64,000 bases of DNA from Octopus sinensis (GCF_006345805.1 NC_042997.1:198152001-198216000); one strand, 5' to 3'; shown: positions 12,178-25,789, counted from the first letter of the stretch. A program made the numbers and translations. The notes: a model not told the origin generated them from the sequence alone.

Positions 12178-12401
12178 CTATTTCTTTACCACCCACAAGG
12201 GGCTAAACACAGAGAGGACAAACAAGGACAGACAAACGGATTAAGTCGATTACATCTACCTCAGTGCGTAACTGGTATTTAATTTATCGACCCGAAAGGA
12301 TGAAATGCAAAGTCAACCTCGGCGGAATTTGAACTCAGAACGTAACGGCAGACTGCTAAGCATTTCGCTCGGTGTGCGAACGTTTCTGCCAGTTCGCCGC
12401 C
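12178..12401 (-). mobile_element. Family-A SINE, full length
   Basis: Complete head to tail; flanked by ATTTCTTAAGATA on both sides (12161-12173 and 12404-12416). Confidence 0.92.
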
Positions 12402-13228
12402 TTATTTCTTAAGATAATCTTATTTCTTAATCTTATTTCTTAAGATAATGCCCATTGTCTCTCCCAACAGCATATGAACACGATATGTATTTACTTTTAC
12501 AAGGAGGTTACAAGTGATTTGGTGTTAGATCTAAATGCTGATTCAGTTCTTTGGTATTCATATATTTCTGACTTCTCTCTTCTCCTTTTTGTGTTTCTCT
12601 ACTGAAGAGCATGTGGGTTTCCTTTTTCTTTTATTTTTATTCTATTTCTCGTTATTGTATTGATTTCCCACCTAAACATATGCTACGCAATTATTGGCGT
12701 TACGTTTGCTGATTTTTGGTACCTTATTCTATCGATCTGCAAGATGAACAAAATGGATTGTGGCAAGGTTCGAACTCCTAACTACGATATGACAATTATC
12801 GACTCGGCCAATCGACCCGCTCCTTTATAATTACAGTATATTATTTTTCTCACATAATCGCGTTACAAACCTATAAGGAGAAGTGTTATTGATCATATTA
12901 ATTCTAGTACTTGATTGATATTTTATTTTTATCGATCCTGAGAGGATGTAAGGCCAAGTCGACCTTGGTATATTTGAAAACATTAATACAATGCTTCATA
13001 TATACGATACTGCATTAGCAATAACGATTTATTAGATAACTACGAGGCCATGAATTTTTAGGGGAGTGTATTCAAAGAAAAGGACACTAATACGCAATCG
13101 GTTCTTATTTTATTGACCCCGGTAGCTGAGGCCACATTATCTCAACCATACATAAATATAACAAATCGTTTTCTTTCCACTCTGCAGCAGATACTACAAT
13201 TCACTGCGGTAGTAATATTCCTTTGGCT

Positions 13229-13440
13229 TTAAAGCGGCAGGCTCGATAGCATGGCAGGAAAATGCTTGGCGGCATTTTACCCATCTTGAGGATCTGAGTT
13301 CAAATTCCACCGAGGTCGACTTTGCCTTTCTTCCTTTCGGGGTCAATAACGCAAATACAGTTGAACACTGGGATCGATATAGTCGACTTACCCATTCTCC
13401 CAAACTTGCTTCCCTTGCGCCATAATTTGGAAGTAATATT
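13229..13440 (+). mobile_element. Family-A SINE variant with an alternative tail
   Basis: GAGTTCAAATTCCACCGAGGTCGACTTTGCC body; tail as at 6001-6153. Confidence 0.8.
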
Positions 13441-14192
13441 TCTTTGGCTTCATAAAGTTTTAAAACTCCAGCATGGCTGATGCTAATAAGATTTAACACA
13501 TTTTGTTTAATACAAATTCTCAAGGGGACTTGAAGTTATGTATCTAAGACTCTGCTGGCGTTTGGTTTGATTAAGATTGCCCGATTGGCGATTGGAATAT
13601 AAGGGAATTGTCTATTGTGCAGGCTGGACAATATAGATTGAAACGAGCCAGTGAAAATGATTCTTTCTCATTATCTCTTAAAATTACACCCTACCGTCTT
13701 GCATACCGTTGTCTTACGTACGCTACATTTGATAGAAATATGTAATGCTCAACTGAAAGTAGGAATACATTAGACGACATTCATACTTGCTGACCTTGGA
13801 TTAAAGAATAGCAACAACAGCAGCAGAAGCAACAAGAACACCAACGGCATATATAAAAATGGCGATTAATTTTCACATTATTATTATTCCAATGTTCATC
13901 AATCTGCTGACCTATAATCCGAATAATCTTTTCAAAGTAAGATTCCATCAGATTTTCACGTTACCTTTCCACCTCATACAATTCAAATGGTTTCTCTCTT
14001 GTGAACATGTATGTTTGTGACATATATCTTGCGAATATTTCTATCAAGCATGTGAATTAGAGATGCGATATCTGATATTTAGTTCTCCCTCTCTTTGCCA
14101 CAAATTCGATATTAAGATCATTTTCCTATAAGACATTCATACACCTGTTCAGTATTTCACTATTAGACCTTGTTCTTACAAAGTTCACACTT

Positions 14193-14385
14193 GGCGTAGG
14201 AGTGGTTGTGTGGTATGTAGCTTGCTTACCAACCACATGGTTCCGGGTTCAGTCCCACTGCGTGGCACCTTGAGCAAGTGTCTGCTACTATAGCCTCGGG
14301 CCGACCAAAGCCTTGTGAGAGGATTTGGTAGACGGAAACTGAAAGAAGCCCGTCGTATATATGTATATATATATATATAATATAT

Positions 14386-14454
<69 letters not shown>

Positions 14455-14642
14455 TTGTGTGTGTGTATGTTTATGTGTCTGCTTTTGTCTCTTGACAACC
14501 GATGCTGGTTTGTTTACGGCCCCGTAAATTAGAATAAGTACTAGGCTTACGTAGAATAAGTCTTGGGGTCGATTTGCTCGACTAAAGCTGGTGCTCCAGC
14601 ATGGCCACAGTCAAATGACTGAAACAAGTAAAAGAGTAGAGT
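14193..14642 (+). mobile_element. Family-B SINE
   Basis: Matches the B consensus with an expanded internal (TA)n(TG)n. Confidence 0.92.
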
Positions 14643-16344
14643 ACTATCGTATCTTTTCAATAGCCTTGAATGACACACATTTCCTTTACTTACAACTACA
14701 AAACTATTCTCAGCACAGAATGGTAATAACTGAAGCCAGACTAACTACAAATTAAAACATTGAAACTATTATATCAACGATAATTTATGAGCTTCATTGC
14801 TTCACATATTTTTAGAGTTTTAATGACTTACACAGTAAAACTCTAAGCAGCAATCGTGTGGTGGTTTATGAAAGAATAGAAGTAAAGGAGATAAGTCTAA
14901 CATGTAGGTATTTCGTATTTCAACTTTAACCCCTTACTCCGAAACCCCAACCAACAAGCCATTATGTACAGTAGGAATTTTCTTGGTTGAGATTTTAATG
15001 TCAAATCATCGAAACTAACGGAAATATAGGAAATACGCCTATAATTACTTATAAATTAAGCAGGTGTATTTAAAAGGATCGTCACATCCGGTAAATATAC
15101 GTTTACTAGCATTATGACCCATCGTTGCCGGGTCATAGTGCTAGTGCATGTATATATGTATATATATATGTGTACATATTACATGTACATCTATATATAT
15201 ATATACATCTACGCATAAAATACAAAATACAAAGTTATATCTTGATATCGCTAGTGATAACAATACTCAAAATATATAACAGACTGGAATTGTAGGCCCG
15301 TCTCTTGCAATTTCGATCAATTGTATCTTGTCCTCCCTCTTGTATATAAGTGTGGCTACAATCCAGCCTACCTCTACTTCTGGGGGGACATTTTAAATTT
15401 TTATCCGCACGTCCTACGTACCAGATATAAAGGCGAAACTAAAATGTTTCCACTTTGCAAGGTTCGAATCGAGTACTCCCTTGCACGCTCCGTTGACTCG
15501 AACCTTGCTTCTATTGTGGCGAATTTACTGCCTCTAGTTAGATATCTTTCATAGTCGCACCAAGACACTTTTCGATGGTGCTTTCCTCCAGGTGTTCAAA
15601 TCTTTTTTTTTTCTCTACATTGTATACTTTATAGACAATAGTCTTTTCTTTAATTTAATTTTTTATTTCGTTTGGTGGTGTTATCCTAGATTCGCCGTCT
15701 TTGCCGGTGATCAATCCAAAATAGGTTTGTATTTCTTCCATTTTAATTTTAATGAGTTTGCGCCGCCAACGGCTGCAGCGAAATTCATTTTTGGACTTTC
15801 CTCTATCGAAGGAATTCTAAGAAAAATGCTTCTGTGTAACTGGTGAAAATATTGTCAATTTCCCCAAACAGACACAATTCAATTTTTAAACAATAACCAA
15901 AGCTCCTTCTCCCAAAGGATTTACAGTTTACAATTATCTAACAAATGCAACACAACAACGTTTCCCTTACGAGGAACCAACAAACGTGATAACAATAGTT
16001 AAACAGTGAATCAAAAGTTGAAGCTATAGTCCTTTATGTATAATAGTCCATCTCGACTATTCCATTTCTGCACGCTAATTTTATTTTTAATTTATTCCCA
16101 TTCATGTGAAACCACTTGTTCAAGTCATTAATGCAATTGTATACCAATTGCTATTTTTACTTTTGTTATGTTACGATTATATACTTTAGTTTGATTTTAA
16201 TTATTACTTACTACATATAATTCAATTATTATTATTATTTTTATTGGTAAAGTGAAAGTATCTGACATAAAATAGAGAAATGTTTTTGTTTCACTTTTAA
16301 CACGTAATACTGAAATAGTGGAGAAGATATGATATTGCTATGGG

Positions 16345-16517
16345 CTCGCCCTAGGCAAGACGTTGAACATTTTTTTTGCCCATGAAGCTACATGGACCCT
16401 AAGTAAGGCGTGTGTAAAATTTGAATGAAATTGGTTGTGTAGTTCTCTAGTTTTAGGGAAACACACAGGCAGACAGACAGACAGACAAACATTCTCAGTT
16501 TTATATATAGAGATTAC
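16345..16517 (+). mobile_element. Helentron/DINE-1-like (HINE-type) terminal fragment
   Basis: AAATTTGAATGAAATTGG...(CAGA)n...TTTTATATATAGAGAT arrangement typical of DINE-1/HINE ends; judged by motif resemblance only. Confidence 0.55.
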
Positions 16518-16765
16518 AAACTGAGAATATACATATACATACGTGCATGCATGCATGCATATATATTTACATACATACACGCCTAAAATACACACACACA
16601 CGTGTGTGTGTGTGTGTGTGTGTGCATTTATATATACTGAATACAAAACCACCTGGTTGTTGAGCGAGTGTCTTAACCAGACTGCCATGCCTGCGCCTAT
16701 GAGAGACACTTTACCATTGTGTGGTACCGTAGGACTTAATTCGATGTATATGTATAAAAGAGTGC

Positions 16766-16998
16766 TGGGCGAGCTGGCATAAACGTTAGCTCGCCGGGCG
16801 AAATGCGTAGCCGTATTTCGTCTGCCGTTACGTTCTGAGTTCAAATTCCGCCGAGATCGACTTTGCCTTTCATCCTTTCGGGGTCGATAAATTAAGTACC
16901 AGTTACACACTGGGATTGATGTAATCGACTTAATCCGTTTGTCTGTCCTTATTTGTCACTTCTATGTTTAACCCCTTGTGGGTAATAAAGAAACAGAT
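16766..16998 (+). mobile_element. Family-A SINE, full length
   Basis: Complete match to the A consensus. Confidence 0.92.
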
Positions 16999-17383
16999 AG
17001 TATATAACAGTCTATAGCTGGACTTATTTCTCTTCATGCTTCTTGGTTTCTGGTCGTTCGGCTGACTCGTTACGATGGCACGGAAAATCGATGCTAACCG
17101 ACTGTAAGTTTTAATAAGCATTTTTAACAGCTGAGACGTCTTCAGTAAAATGAAGTAAGGTAGTTTGCTCAAAGAAACACCTACCTGCTGAACATGGAAT
17201 CAAACCAATGATTTTAGTATAGAGAACATAATTGCTTAGCCAATATGCTGTTATCTTCGATTTGTATAATATTTGTATGAACTGAAATATTTCAACATTG
17301 ATGAGGGGTAATTGAAGAGGAAGGCGATTTTGTTTCAGTTTGCAGCTTATGACGATTTACAAAATATATCCGGTGTAAGTAAA

Positions 17384-17570
17384 GTTCCTTCCCGAGTCAT
17401 ATAGACTCAAAGGGCTTGTTTCCTGGTTTGCATGGCGTATGCACTCCCCGCCTGGATTGGGTATCGGTTCGTCCCAGGATTACATATTTTACCCGCTGAG
17501 AAGACTGGAGCAACTGAAATAAGTGTTTTGCTCATGAACACAACGCCTCGCCCGGGTCAGGAATCGAACG
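17384..17570 (-). mobile_element. Degenerate SINE with E-type head and D-type tail
   Basis: CTGGAGCAACTGAAATAAGTGTTTTGCTCATGAACACAAC (E central domain) joined to GTTCCTTCCCGAGTC...TGGCGTATG...CGCCTGGA (D tail). Confidence 0.7.
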
Positions 17571-18239
17571 CGCCTACAATTATCTACAATATATCCAGTA
17601 CAGAAATGAATTTTTGACGAGGTACATCTCAGGCTTCCTTGCTATGAAAAGAGACAAGGAACATTGAGGCTATATCATCTGATAGACGGTTTGTTTGGTT
17701 ACAACATGAACAAAAAACTTCAGCTTTATTTTTAAATGTTATTATGAAACTCAGTGACTCGAGGATACATTTAAAATTTCCAGCATAAATAAATATTAAT
17801 AATCTACGAGTAATTTAAGGTACAGAACCAGAAAGATTAATAGACATTTCTATGGTTAATGATATCACATTAAAAGAAACATTATTGAGCTTCTGGGCCC
17901 AAAACATCTATTATTTGTCAAAATATTAATAATGCTTAAATACCGAATGTTTGATATTTTATATTTTACTTTCATAAATGAACATTTGGGAATACTATTA
18001 CTACTAAGCAATCAATACATTTATGTATAGAGTAAAGCCTAAATATATATATATTTTATGTTCCGTGATCTTAACCGCTGTGTCGTTCGGCGTTCATAAA
18101 TCATGTTAAGTCATTCGATTTTAATGTTTTTCCACCATCTTTCTCTCTCACGCACATATACAAGTGTATGTATAATAATAATGATAATAATAATAATTAT
18201 TATTATAATTATTATAATTATTATTATTATTATTATATG

Positions 18240-18620
18240 GGTACAGGACGTCACCAACAATGAAAATAACATGAAATACGTACACAGACAAGGGAAAAAT
18301 GAGTGAAATACGTGAACTAGAAAATAATGGAAGACAGGACAAATAAATACATAGAAAGGAACCTTCATCAGTTGTCGGCTGTCTATCTACTCCTAATTTC
18401 TAGCATTCAATGAAAATATGAGTCTTCAAGACAGCTGCTCTTATAAATTCTAAAATAAATTTAGGATTTATGGAGGGTTAAAGTTGGGAATAAAAAAAAT
18501 GACAATGGACATATGCAAGGAAACTGAGTGAAAACTAACATGGAGGGTCGTTAGACTAAAACGAGAGGAAAATGGTGAACTGTGGGAGAAAGATTTTTCG
18601 AAAATAGAAAAGATAGAAGA
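18240..18620 (-). mobile_element. Probable PLE-type terminal segment
   Basis: Begins GGGTACAGGAC like the related family at 29489 and 61916; pyrimidine-rich on the minus strand; no ORF. Confidence 0.45.
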
Positions 18621-19058
18621 AAGAAAACACGGATACATATAATATGATACATCGATAAAACATGTACACACAAATTGTGTTCATGTAATTTTGTGTGTCT
18701 ATATCTGTGTAAACGAACACACTGTTTTAGAATATTTTACTGTGCGCATCAGCATTTATGACTGTATGTAATGGGCACAAGTTCAAAGAGGATGAATGAG
18801 GCAAAATAAACGAAAATTCAACCCTCATCAGATATCCCATGAAGGATTTTGTCAGTTTTGACGTTTTGAGATATAGCTGCTAAAATAGGAGTATGTTGAA
18901 CCCTGGGAACCAAACCGAAAATAAACAGAGGAATATATTGTGGAGACTTAGTTACTCGAACGGAAATAAAAAGCAATGATACGTTAAAGAATTAGAGAAA
19001 ATTGTGGTGGTTATGGCAAAGAAAACGGGAAAATAGGTCATACTATGAAATGAAATAT

Positions 19059-19418
19059 AGCGCAGGTATGGCTGTTTGGCAAGAAATTTGCTTTCCAACG
19101 ATATGGTTCCAGGTTCAGTACTACTGCGTGGTGACTTGGATAAATGTCTCCTACAACAGCCTCAGGCTGACCAATGCCTTGCGAGTGGATTTGGTAGACG
19201 GAAACTGAAAGAAGCCCGTCGTGTGTCTATGTATATGTGTGTGTGTCTCCCATCACTGCTTGACAACTGGTGTTCGTTTGTTTACGTCCTTGTAAATCAG
19301 TGGTTTGGAAAATGAGACCAATGGAATAAGCTTACAAAAAGCACTGGCGTCGATTCGCTCGAGTAAAATCTCAAGGCATTGTCCCAGCATGACCGCAGTT
19401 TAATGACTGTAAAAGAGA
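19059..19418 (+). mobile_element. Family-B SINE, older and diverged
   Basis: All B modules present with many substitutions. Confidence 0.85.
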
Positions 19419-19524
19419 ACGTATAAATCTGTTTATTGCATAAAATATAATATTAGTAAATTATAATTTAAATAAACGAGACAAATAAACACAATACAGA
19501 TATGCCACAAGTAAGTGGTAGAAA

Positions 19525-19768
19525 GTGAAGGCATATGGCCTAGTGGTTAGAGGAGCGGACTCGCGGTCGAAGGATCTTGGGTACGAATCTCAGATCGGGC
19601 GATGTGCGTGTGTTTATGAGCGAAACACCTAAGCTCCACGCGGCTCCAGCAGAAGGTAATGGTGAACTTCTACTGACTCTTTCGCCACAACTTTCTCTTG
19701 CTCTTTCCTCCCGCATCTTGCAGCTCACCTGAGAAGAAACTTGTCGTTTGTGAAGGAACAAACAACAA
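19525..19768 (+). mobile_element. Family-D SINE with an internal deletion and filler in the tail
   Basis: Head and body intact to CTCACCTG, then about 20 bp of filler, then GAAGGAACAAACAACAA terminus. Confidence 0.9.
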
Positions 19769-19933
19769 GTGGCAGAAAAGAAAAACAGGGTGAAATAGTT
19801 AGACGATATCTTTAAGCGGGGAGTAGAACGATACGTCGTTTTATTTGGGGACCAGAAGGTGAGATGAGGATTTTGTAGGTAGAGCGGAATTAGAAGGTGA
19901 GAAGTTGAGTTCGAAAAGTCGCATAGTAGATAT

Positions 19934-20247
19934 TGTTTTGTTGTTGTTTGTTCCTTCGCGAGCCACGCCTGGCTCATAAGAGCCGGCTTCCCAGTTTCCT
20001 TGGCGTATAGGTTCCCCACCTGGATGGGACACCGGTCCGTCGCAGGTGAGCTGCAATATGCTTGAGGAAAGAGTGAGAGACAGTTGTGGCGAAAGAGTCA
20101 GCAGAAGTTCGCCATTAACTTCTGCCGGAGCCGCGTGGAGCTTAGGTGTTTCGCTCATAAACGCATACATCGCCCGGTCTGAGATTCGAACCCGTGATCC
20201 CTTGACTGCGAGTCCGCTGCTCTAACCACTAGGCCATGTGCCTCCAC
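19934..20247 (-). mobile_element. Family-D SINE, full length
   Basis: Near identical to 4467-4772. Confidence 0.93.
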
Positions 20248-20456
20248 AAGGTAGATAAGCAATAGATTTTGTACAGTAGGACCATCTCTCCATGAAGTGT
20301 CTAACAACTATATCTAATGGCTTGCTAATGTTACTCGTCCCGTCGAAACTATCAGCTTCCTTGGCGAGATAACTGCTGAAGGTTAAATGTTTTTCTCTAT
20401 TGTCTTCTACCTGCCTTCACCGCTTGCGCCTGTTTCCTATATTCGTAATTGACACA

Positions 20457-20770
20457 GTGGAGGCGTGATAGCCCTGTTGTTAGGGCAGCGGACTCGTGGT
20501 CATAGGATCGCGGTTTCGATTCCCAGACCGGGCGTTGTATGTGTGTGTTTATTGAGCGAAAACACTTAAAAGCTCCACGAGGCTCCGGCAGGAGGGAGGG
20601 CGACCCCTGTGGTACCCTTTCGCCCCCAACTTTCTCTCACTCTTTCTTCATGTTTCTTGGGTCACGCTGCGATGGACAGGCCTCCCGTCCAGCTGGGGTG
20701 GGGGGCTCATACGCCACAGAAACAGGGCCCATGAGCCTGGCTAGGCTTGAAAAGGGCGCATAAATAACAA
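20457..20770 (+). mobile_element. SINE with C-type head and D-type tail
   Basis: Head GGACTCGTGGTCATAGGATCGCGGTTTCGATTCCC as in C copies; tail CTGCGATGGACAGGCCTCCCGTCCAGC...ATACGCCACAGAAAC as in D and 42221-42483. Confidence 0.85.
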
Positions 20771-21100
20771 TAGCACTGTAATAGGTGACTTATTCGAATT
20801 AAAAAAAAGCTTGCTAAACATATTAATTAATGCTGCATAGAGTCAGTCACCTAGAAGGTAAATGACAGCGCGTATTGTTGGATTAATGTTATTTCTATCA
20901 AATTGATATATCTGTTAATGACAGAAAGAAGAACGTATGCAGTATTAAACGTTTATTAAGGAATCAAATGACATCCAATGTATATACCTTCCCGTGACAA
21001 GGATTAATTAGAGGCAAACATTATATACCTGTTCGAAAACAACACTCCTGCCTCTATTACACTTTTCCAAGTATACATAAAATACAACGCGTATTTATAG

Positions 21101-21495
21101 TACTCTCTCTTTTACTCTTTTACTTGTTTCAGTCAGTTGACTGCGGCCATGCTGCAGCACGCTTTTAGTCGAGCAAATCGACCCCGTGACTTATTCTATC
21201 GATCTCTTTTGCCGAACCGCTAGATGACGGGGACATAAACACACCAGCATCGGTTGTCAAACAATGCTAGGGGGACAAACACAGACACACGAACATATAC
21301 ACACACATACATATATATATATACATATATACGACAGGCTTCTTTCAGTTTCAGTCTACCAAATCCACTCACAAGGCATTGGTCGGCCCGGGGCTATCGT
21401 AGAAGACACTTGCCCAAGATGCCACGCAGTGCGACTGAACCCGAAACCATGTGGCTGGTAAGCAAGCTACTTACCACACAACCACTCCTGCGCCT
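21101..21495 (-). mobile_element. Family-B SINE
   Basis: Near full-length reverse-complement copy. Confidence 0.92.
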
Positions 21496-21920
21496 ATAGG
21501 ATTTTTTTTTTTTACATGTTTTAGTCTCGGGACTGTCGCCAGAGTGGGACACCGTCTTCTAGGGTTTAGACAAACAGGTCGACCCTAGTGCTTATTATTG
21601 AAAGTTTGGTGCATATATCTGTATAAACACGCACATATATTCGTGTAACATCGTCTGTTTTTCCGTCCTTGTTTACGTATACATTCGATGCTTTTTACCA
21701 AGGAATCTAATGCTCTTAGTTTAGTTTTTTCTTGGGGCTGGCCAGATTGGAGCAACCTCAAGATTAATCAGCCGAAATTGCGAGGATGATCCGGTTCTTG
21801 ACTGTGGATAAAAAGCTTCGAATGACCCGTCCTTGTTGTATTTGTATCGTCTATCTGGATGTTTTGTCTCTTTTTGTATCACCTAGTTGTCCGGATGTTT
21901 CGCGTTCTTGTCCCATTTTG

Positions 21921-21956
<36 letters not shown>

Positions 21957-22048
21957 TATATAGGTTTGGCCATACAAACAGGATATTAATACTTAAGATA
22001 TGAGTATATATACATACGTACATACATAAATACGCACATAGATATATA

Positions 22049-22924
22049 CACGATAGGTGAAATGTAAGTAGGCATTAAAAATTGGTAATAAAATCCATAT
22101 TCCTTTTACAAATTTTTGAAACAAATGATACATGTTCTTTATTGCATGGGAAAATGAAAGTGAATCTTCATATTTTAACGTAAGCATCGGCGGCATCAAG
22201 CAGTTTCCTGAAACGGCCTGGGATATAGAGAATAACCTTCTGAAGGACGTCTCCTGGGATATCATGGAAAATCTCCTGTATCCTTGTCTCCCAGTCGTCT
22301 AGTGTGCGAGGTTTTCTCTAGTACACCTCTTTTGTGTAACCCCACAGGTAAAAATCATACGATGTGAGATCTGGACTTCTGCGGTCACAGTCTTCGGGTT
22401 TTAGCTCCTGCACGTAATTGGCTCCTGCACGTACTGCACGGACGAAAATTCTATTCTTTATGCAACACCCTCCGTATTGTGTGTCTTGTTAGTCCACTTT
22501 CACGAGCTGCTTCACTTGTTGATTTTTGCGGGTTGCGGTTAAACATTTCCTGCACTGTTACCACGCTCTCCGCTGATCGGGTTGTGGCTGGACGGCCACT
22601 TCTTGCATCATTCACAGAACCCGTGGTCATCGGCTTTGGATGACAATTTTATATTGTCTCTGGACATACTTACCTTTCCGTGCACGCCACCATCTCTGAA
22701 GCATAACAATGGAATTCCACACTTTATAGCGTGCTGCTGTCTTAGCTCGCTCCTGAAGAATCAAGCGACCGGCCATCTGGAAAACAAGTAATAAGAAATA
22801 AGACAAAAAGAAAATATAGTCCCCATTAGTGTTGTCTGTTTAAAATATGTTTTCGTCATGACTTCAGTGATAATAAAAATTTTAAAAGCAATCTATAATG
22901 CCTAGTTACTTTCCACCCACACTG
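22049..22924 (-). mobile_element. Tc1/mariner-superfamily transposon (rosa/DD41D-like by motif), internally deleted
   Basis: Degenerate ~28-bp TIRs (CACGATAGGTGAAATGTAAGTAGGCATTA versus rc CAGTGTGGGTGGAAAGTAACTAGGCATTA) with TA flanks; translations RSGRPATTRSAESV..FNRNPQKSTSEAARESGLTRHTIRRVLHK and RSPDLTSYDFYLWGYTKEVY. The catalytic core is missing, so D-D spacing cannot be counted. Confidence 0.8.
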
Positions 22925-22981
22925 TATATATATGTCGGTGGGTGTGTCTGAATTTATGCGTGCACATATATATCTGAGTCT

Positions 22982-23307
22982 GAGACCCACTTCGGTCACG
23001 ACACTGACCATGGGATTGCACTTAGAAAGTTACCCTCCCAGGCACAGGTCCGGGCAAGGTTGTTTATGGAAGACCAGCAGTTGCCCATGCATACCAGCCT
23101 CCCCTCTCCACGTCACCGATGTTGTCCAAGAGAAAGGTAAAGGGGCTGATACAGCTTGACACCTGTGACGTCGCAACTCATTTCTACAGCTGAGTAAACT
23201 GGAGCAACGTGAAATAAAGTGTCTTGCTCAAGAACACAACACGCAGGCCGGTCCGGAATTCGAGCTCACAACCTCATGATCGTAAGCTCGACGCTCTAAC
23301 CACTGAG
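22982..23307 (-). mobile_element. tRNA-derived SINE, working family E
   Basis: Matches 43375-43712 and 58613-58947 over head, central GTGTTCTTGAGCAAGACACTTTATTTCACGTTGCTCCAG domain and tail. Confidence 0.92.
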
Positions 23308-24859
23308 GGAGAGAGAGAGAGAACAGGTCTTCTTGGTCAGCCCCGAGCTGCAGTAGCAGACACTTGAAAAAATGATAGCCAGAGGGATTGGATCCGAAAG
23401 CATGAGGTTGCGAAGCGAACTTCTTCACCATATAGTTACTTCTGCACTTTTAACTGCCAAGGAAATTGGAATTAGAGTTACTTAAAAATTCAAATCTTTT
23501 AAATTGAATTGCTCATACAATGTAAATTCTATTCAAGATCTTAATTGTAATTTTGTAAGAGAGGAAGTTAGGGAAATTTAATAAATCCTGTTTTGGTTGA
23601 TGTTTATTCTTGTGAGTGTTTTACATATAAAAAGAAAGTAGATGCGATCTTAATACAAATGATCCATTGTTCAATCAACAAAGGATTTTATAACGTTTTG
23701 TTGATATGGATAACCATGGTGACAAATGATCGATAAATTAGTACTAATCATACGCAACCAAAATAGAAATCCCATTCTTGATTTATTGGGGAAATGTTTC
23801 ATTAGTACTCGTGACTGTTAGTCCAAACTGTTGTAGAAGAGCATAAGAGATAGATGAAGCTGGAAGACTGACACACAAACGGTGGCACTGGAACACACAC
23901 ATGCAAGCATGCAACGTGTTTGTTTGAATTTTTCCTGTAAAATTCTATTGTGTCATTGAGCCATAATTTTCTACAAATAGACGTAATGTATGCATCTGTG
24001 TATGCATGTATGTATGTAGTTATGTATGTGTGTATATGTGTTCTTTTCTGTTAATTACACTGTGCAACAAATTTCAGGTTCCAAAAATGTAAAAGTGAAG
24101 TAAAATTAAATTTGTTTCTGGGTCAAAAAATTATTCTGATTCTGACCTTTATTTCTCCAGATTAGACACAGTTTTCCTGTACCATGAACCATATGTTTTA
24201 TAATATAATGCATATTATAAAATTGTAACTGTGCTATTTATCATATCACATTGTAGGTGTTACTAAAAATTGGTAGAGAATTTTATTAAAATATAATGAC
24301 AAGATGGGTATACAGTGATAATTCTGTAGAAACCATGCCGAACTCAACAAAAAGAAGGCCAGAAATGGATTTCCCATGTAATTTTCCATATCAAAATGGC
24401 CAAAGATCTCTTGTACTTTTCTGAGTGTTGCACAGTGTTATTTGAAGTCTTCCTGCATCTGAGGTGCTGGTTTCTAACAACCATACAAATCTCCATCACT
24501 GAAATGTACAAAACAAAAGCAGTGTCACATTTTGGACTTGGGGAAAAGTCTTGCATCTATTCACTGTTCCATATTTGAGATGTGCGTCTTAGCTGGTTGA
24601 TTTCTCTTCTGAAAATGTTATTTGATTGCTATTATTCTGTGTATAAAGACCAGTTGTGTTTCTCGGGGTTGCGTTATTTTTACTCTTAACATAGAAATGG
24701 AAAAAGACATAGTGCTATATATTAAAAAAATAAGCTATTTGGGGCTAGAAATATTGCGGAAAAACGTGAAATTCTTCAATCAGGGTTGTGTCTCATGCGA
24801 AACCTATAATGACCTGGAGTCACCTCTGATATATATATATATATATATATAATGTGTGT

Positions 24860-25018
24860 GCAGGCGTGGCTGTGTGGTGAGAAGCTTGCTTCCCAACCAC
24901 ATGGTTTCGGGTCCAGTCCTACTGCGTAGCAACTTGGGCAAGTGTCTTCTGCTATAGCCTCGGGCCGACCAAAACCTCGAGAGTGAATTTGGTAGATGGA
25001 AACTGAAAAACGCCTGTC

Positions 25019-25076
<58 letters not shown>

Positions 25077-25300
25077 TAATTAATGTGTCTCTGTCTTTGT
25101 ACCTGTGTTTGTTCCCCCGCTATCGCTTGAGAACCGATGTTGGTGTGTTTATGTCCCTGAAACTTAGCGGTTCGGCAAGAGAGACCGATATAAGTACTAG
25201 GCTTACAAAGATTGTCCTGGGGGTCGATTTCTTCGACTAAAGGCCGTACTCCAGCATGGCCGCAGTCAAATGACCGAGATTTCTAAAAGGGTAAAAGACT
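24860..25300 (+). mobile_element. Family-B SINE
   Basis: All B modules present. Confidence 0.9.
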
Positions 25301-25789
25301 ATACAAAGAAGTGGAAAATGCACTGAGATGGTTTATAAGCTTAAATGATTTTCTTGTTTTTTAAAAGTTAAGTGAGATAGAATGCTATGGGGCTTGGCCG
25401 CAACTGCCTTGCCCATTTTGTCGACATTAACTTTCGGCGCAAAAATATTGTCACATGATATGTAACAGTGAACTTATAAATTTTCTAAATATAATCAGGT
25501 GATCATCCTCTTCCAAACAAATGACACCCTTAGCAGATATTAATCTGAGTCAGGTTCTCTCTTTTAAAATCAAGGGTATTTTCGAATTCAGCTTAGAAGC
25601 TAGGCAGTTGCCGCATAGTCTATGTCTTTCTATCTCACTCCCATATTGAGAATAAGAAAAATCTGTGAAACCAGTTGAGCTTTTAAAGATAAATCATCTA
25701 AATAACACCCAGTGGGTTTTCAGCTTCTTTTTACTAAATTTCTACTCGTGTGGAATAACTTTCTTTCCAATATATATATATATATATAT

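Noticed and set aside
18350-18402. GAAA...GAGTAGAT...ACAA-CTGA(T/A)GA-AGG motif in permuted order (also 29625-29670, 61755-61800 and loosely 21765-21815) as a type-II hammerhead
   Set aside because: No stem-I hairpin can be formed between the GUA triplet and CUGANGA, and stem II is weak; a family consensus would be needed to revisit this.
24290-24600. Possible exon or transposase fragment in a higher-complexity stretch
   Set aside because: All frames I tried contain stops and give no recognisable motif.
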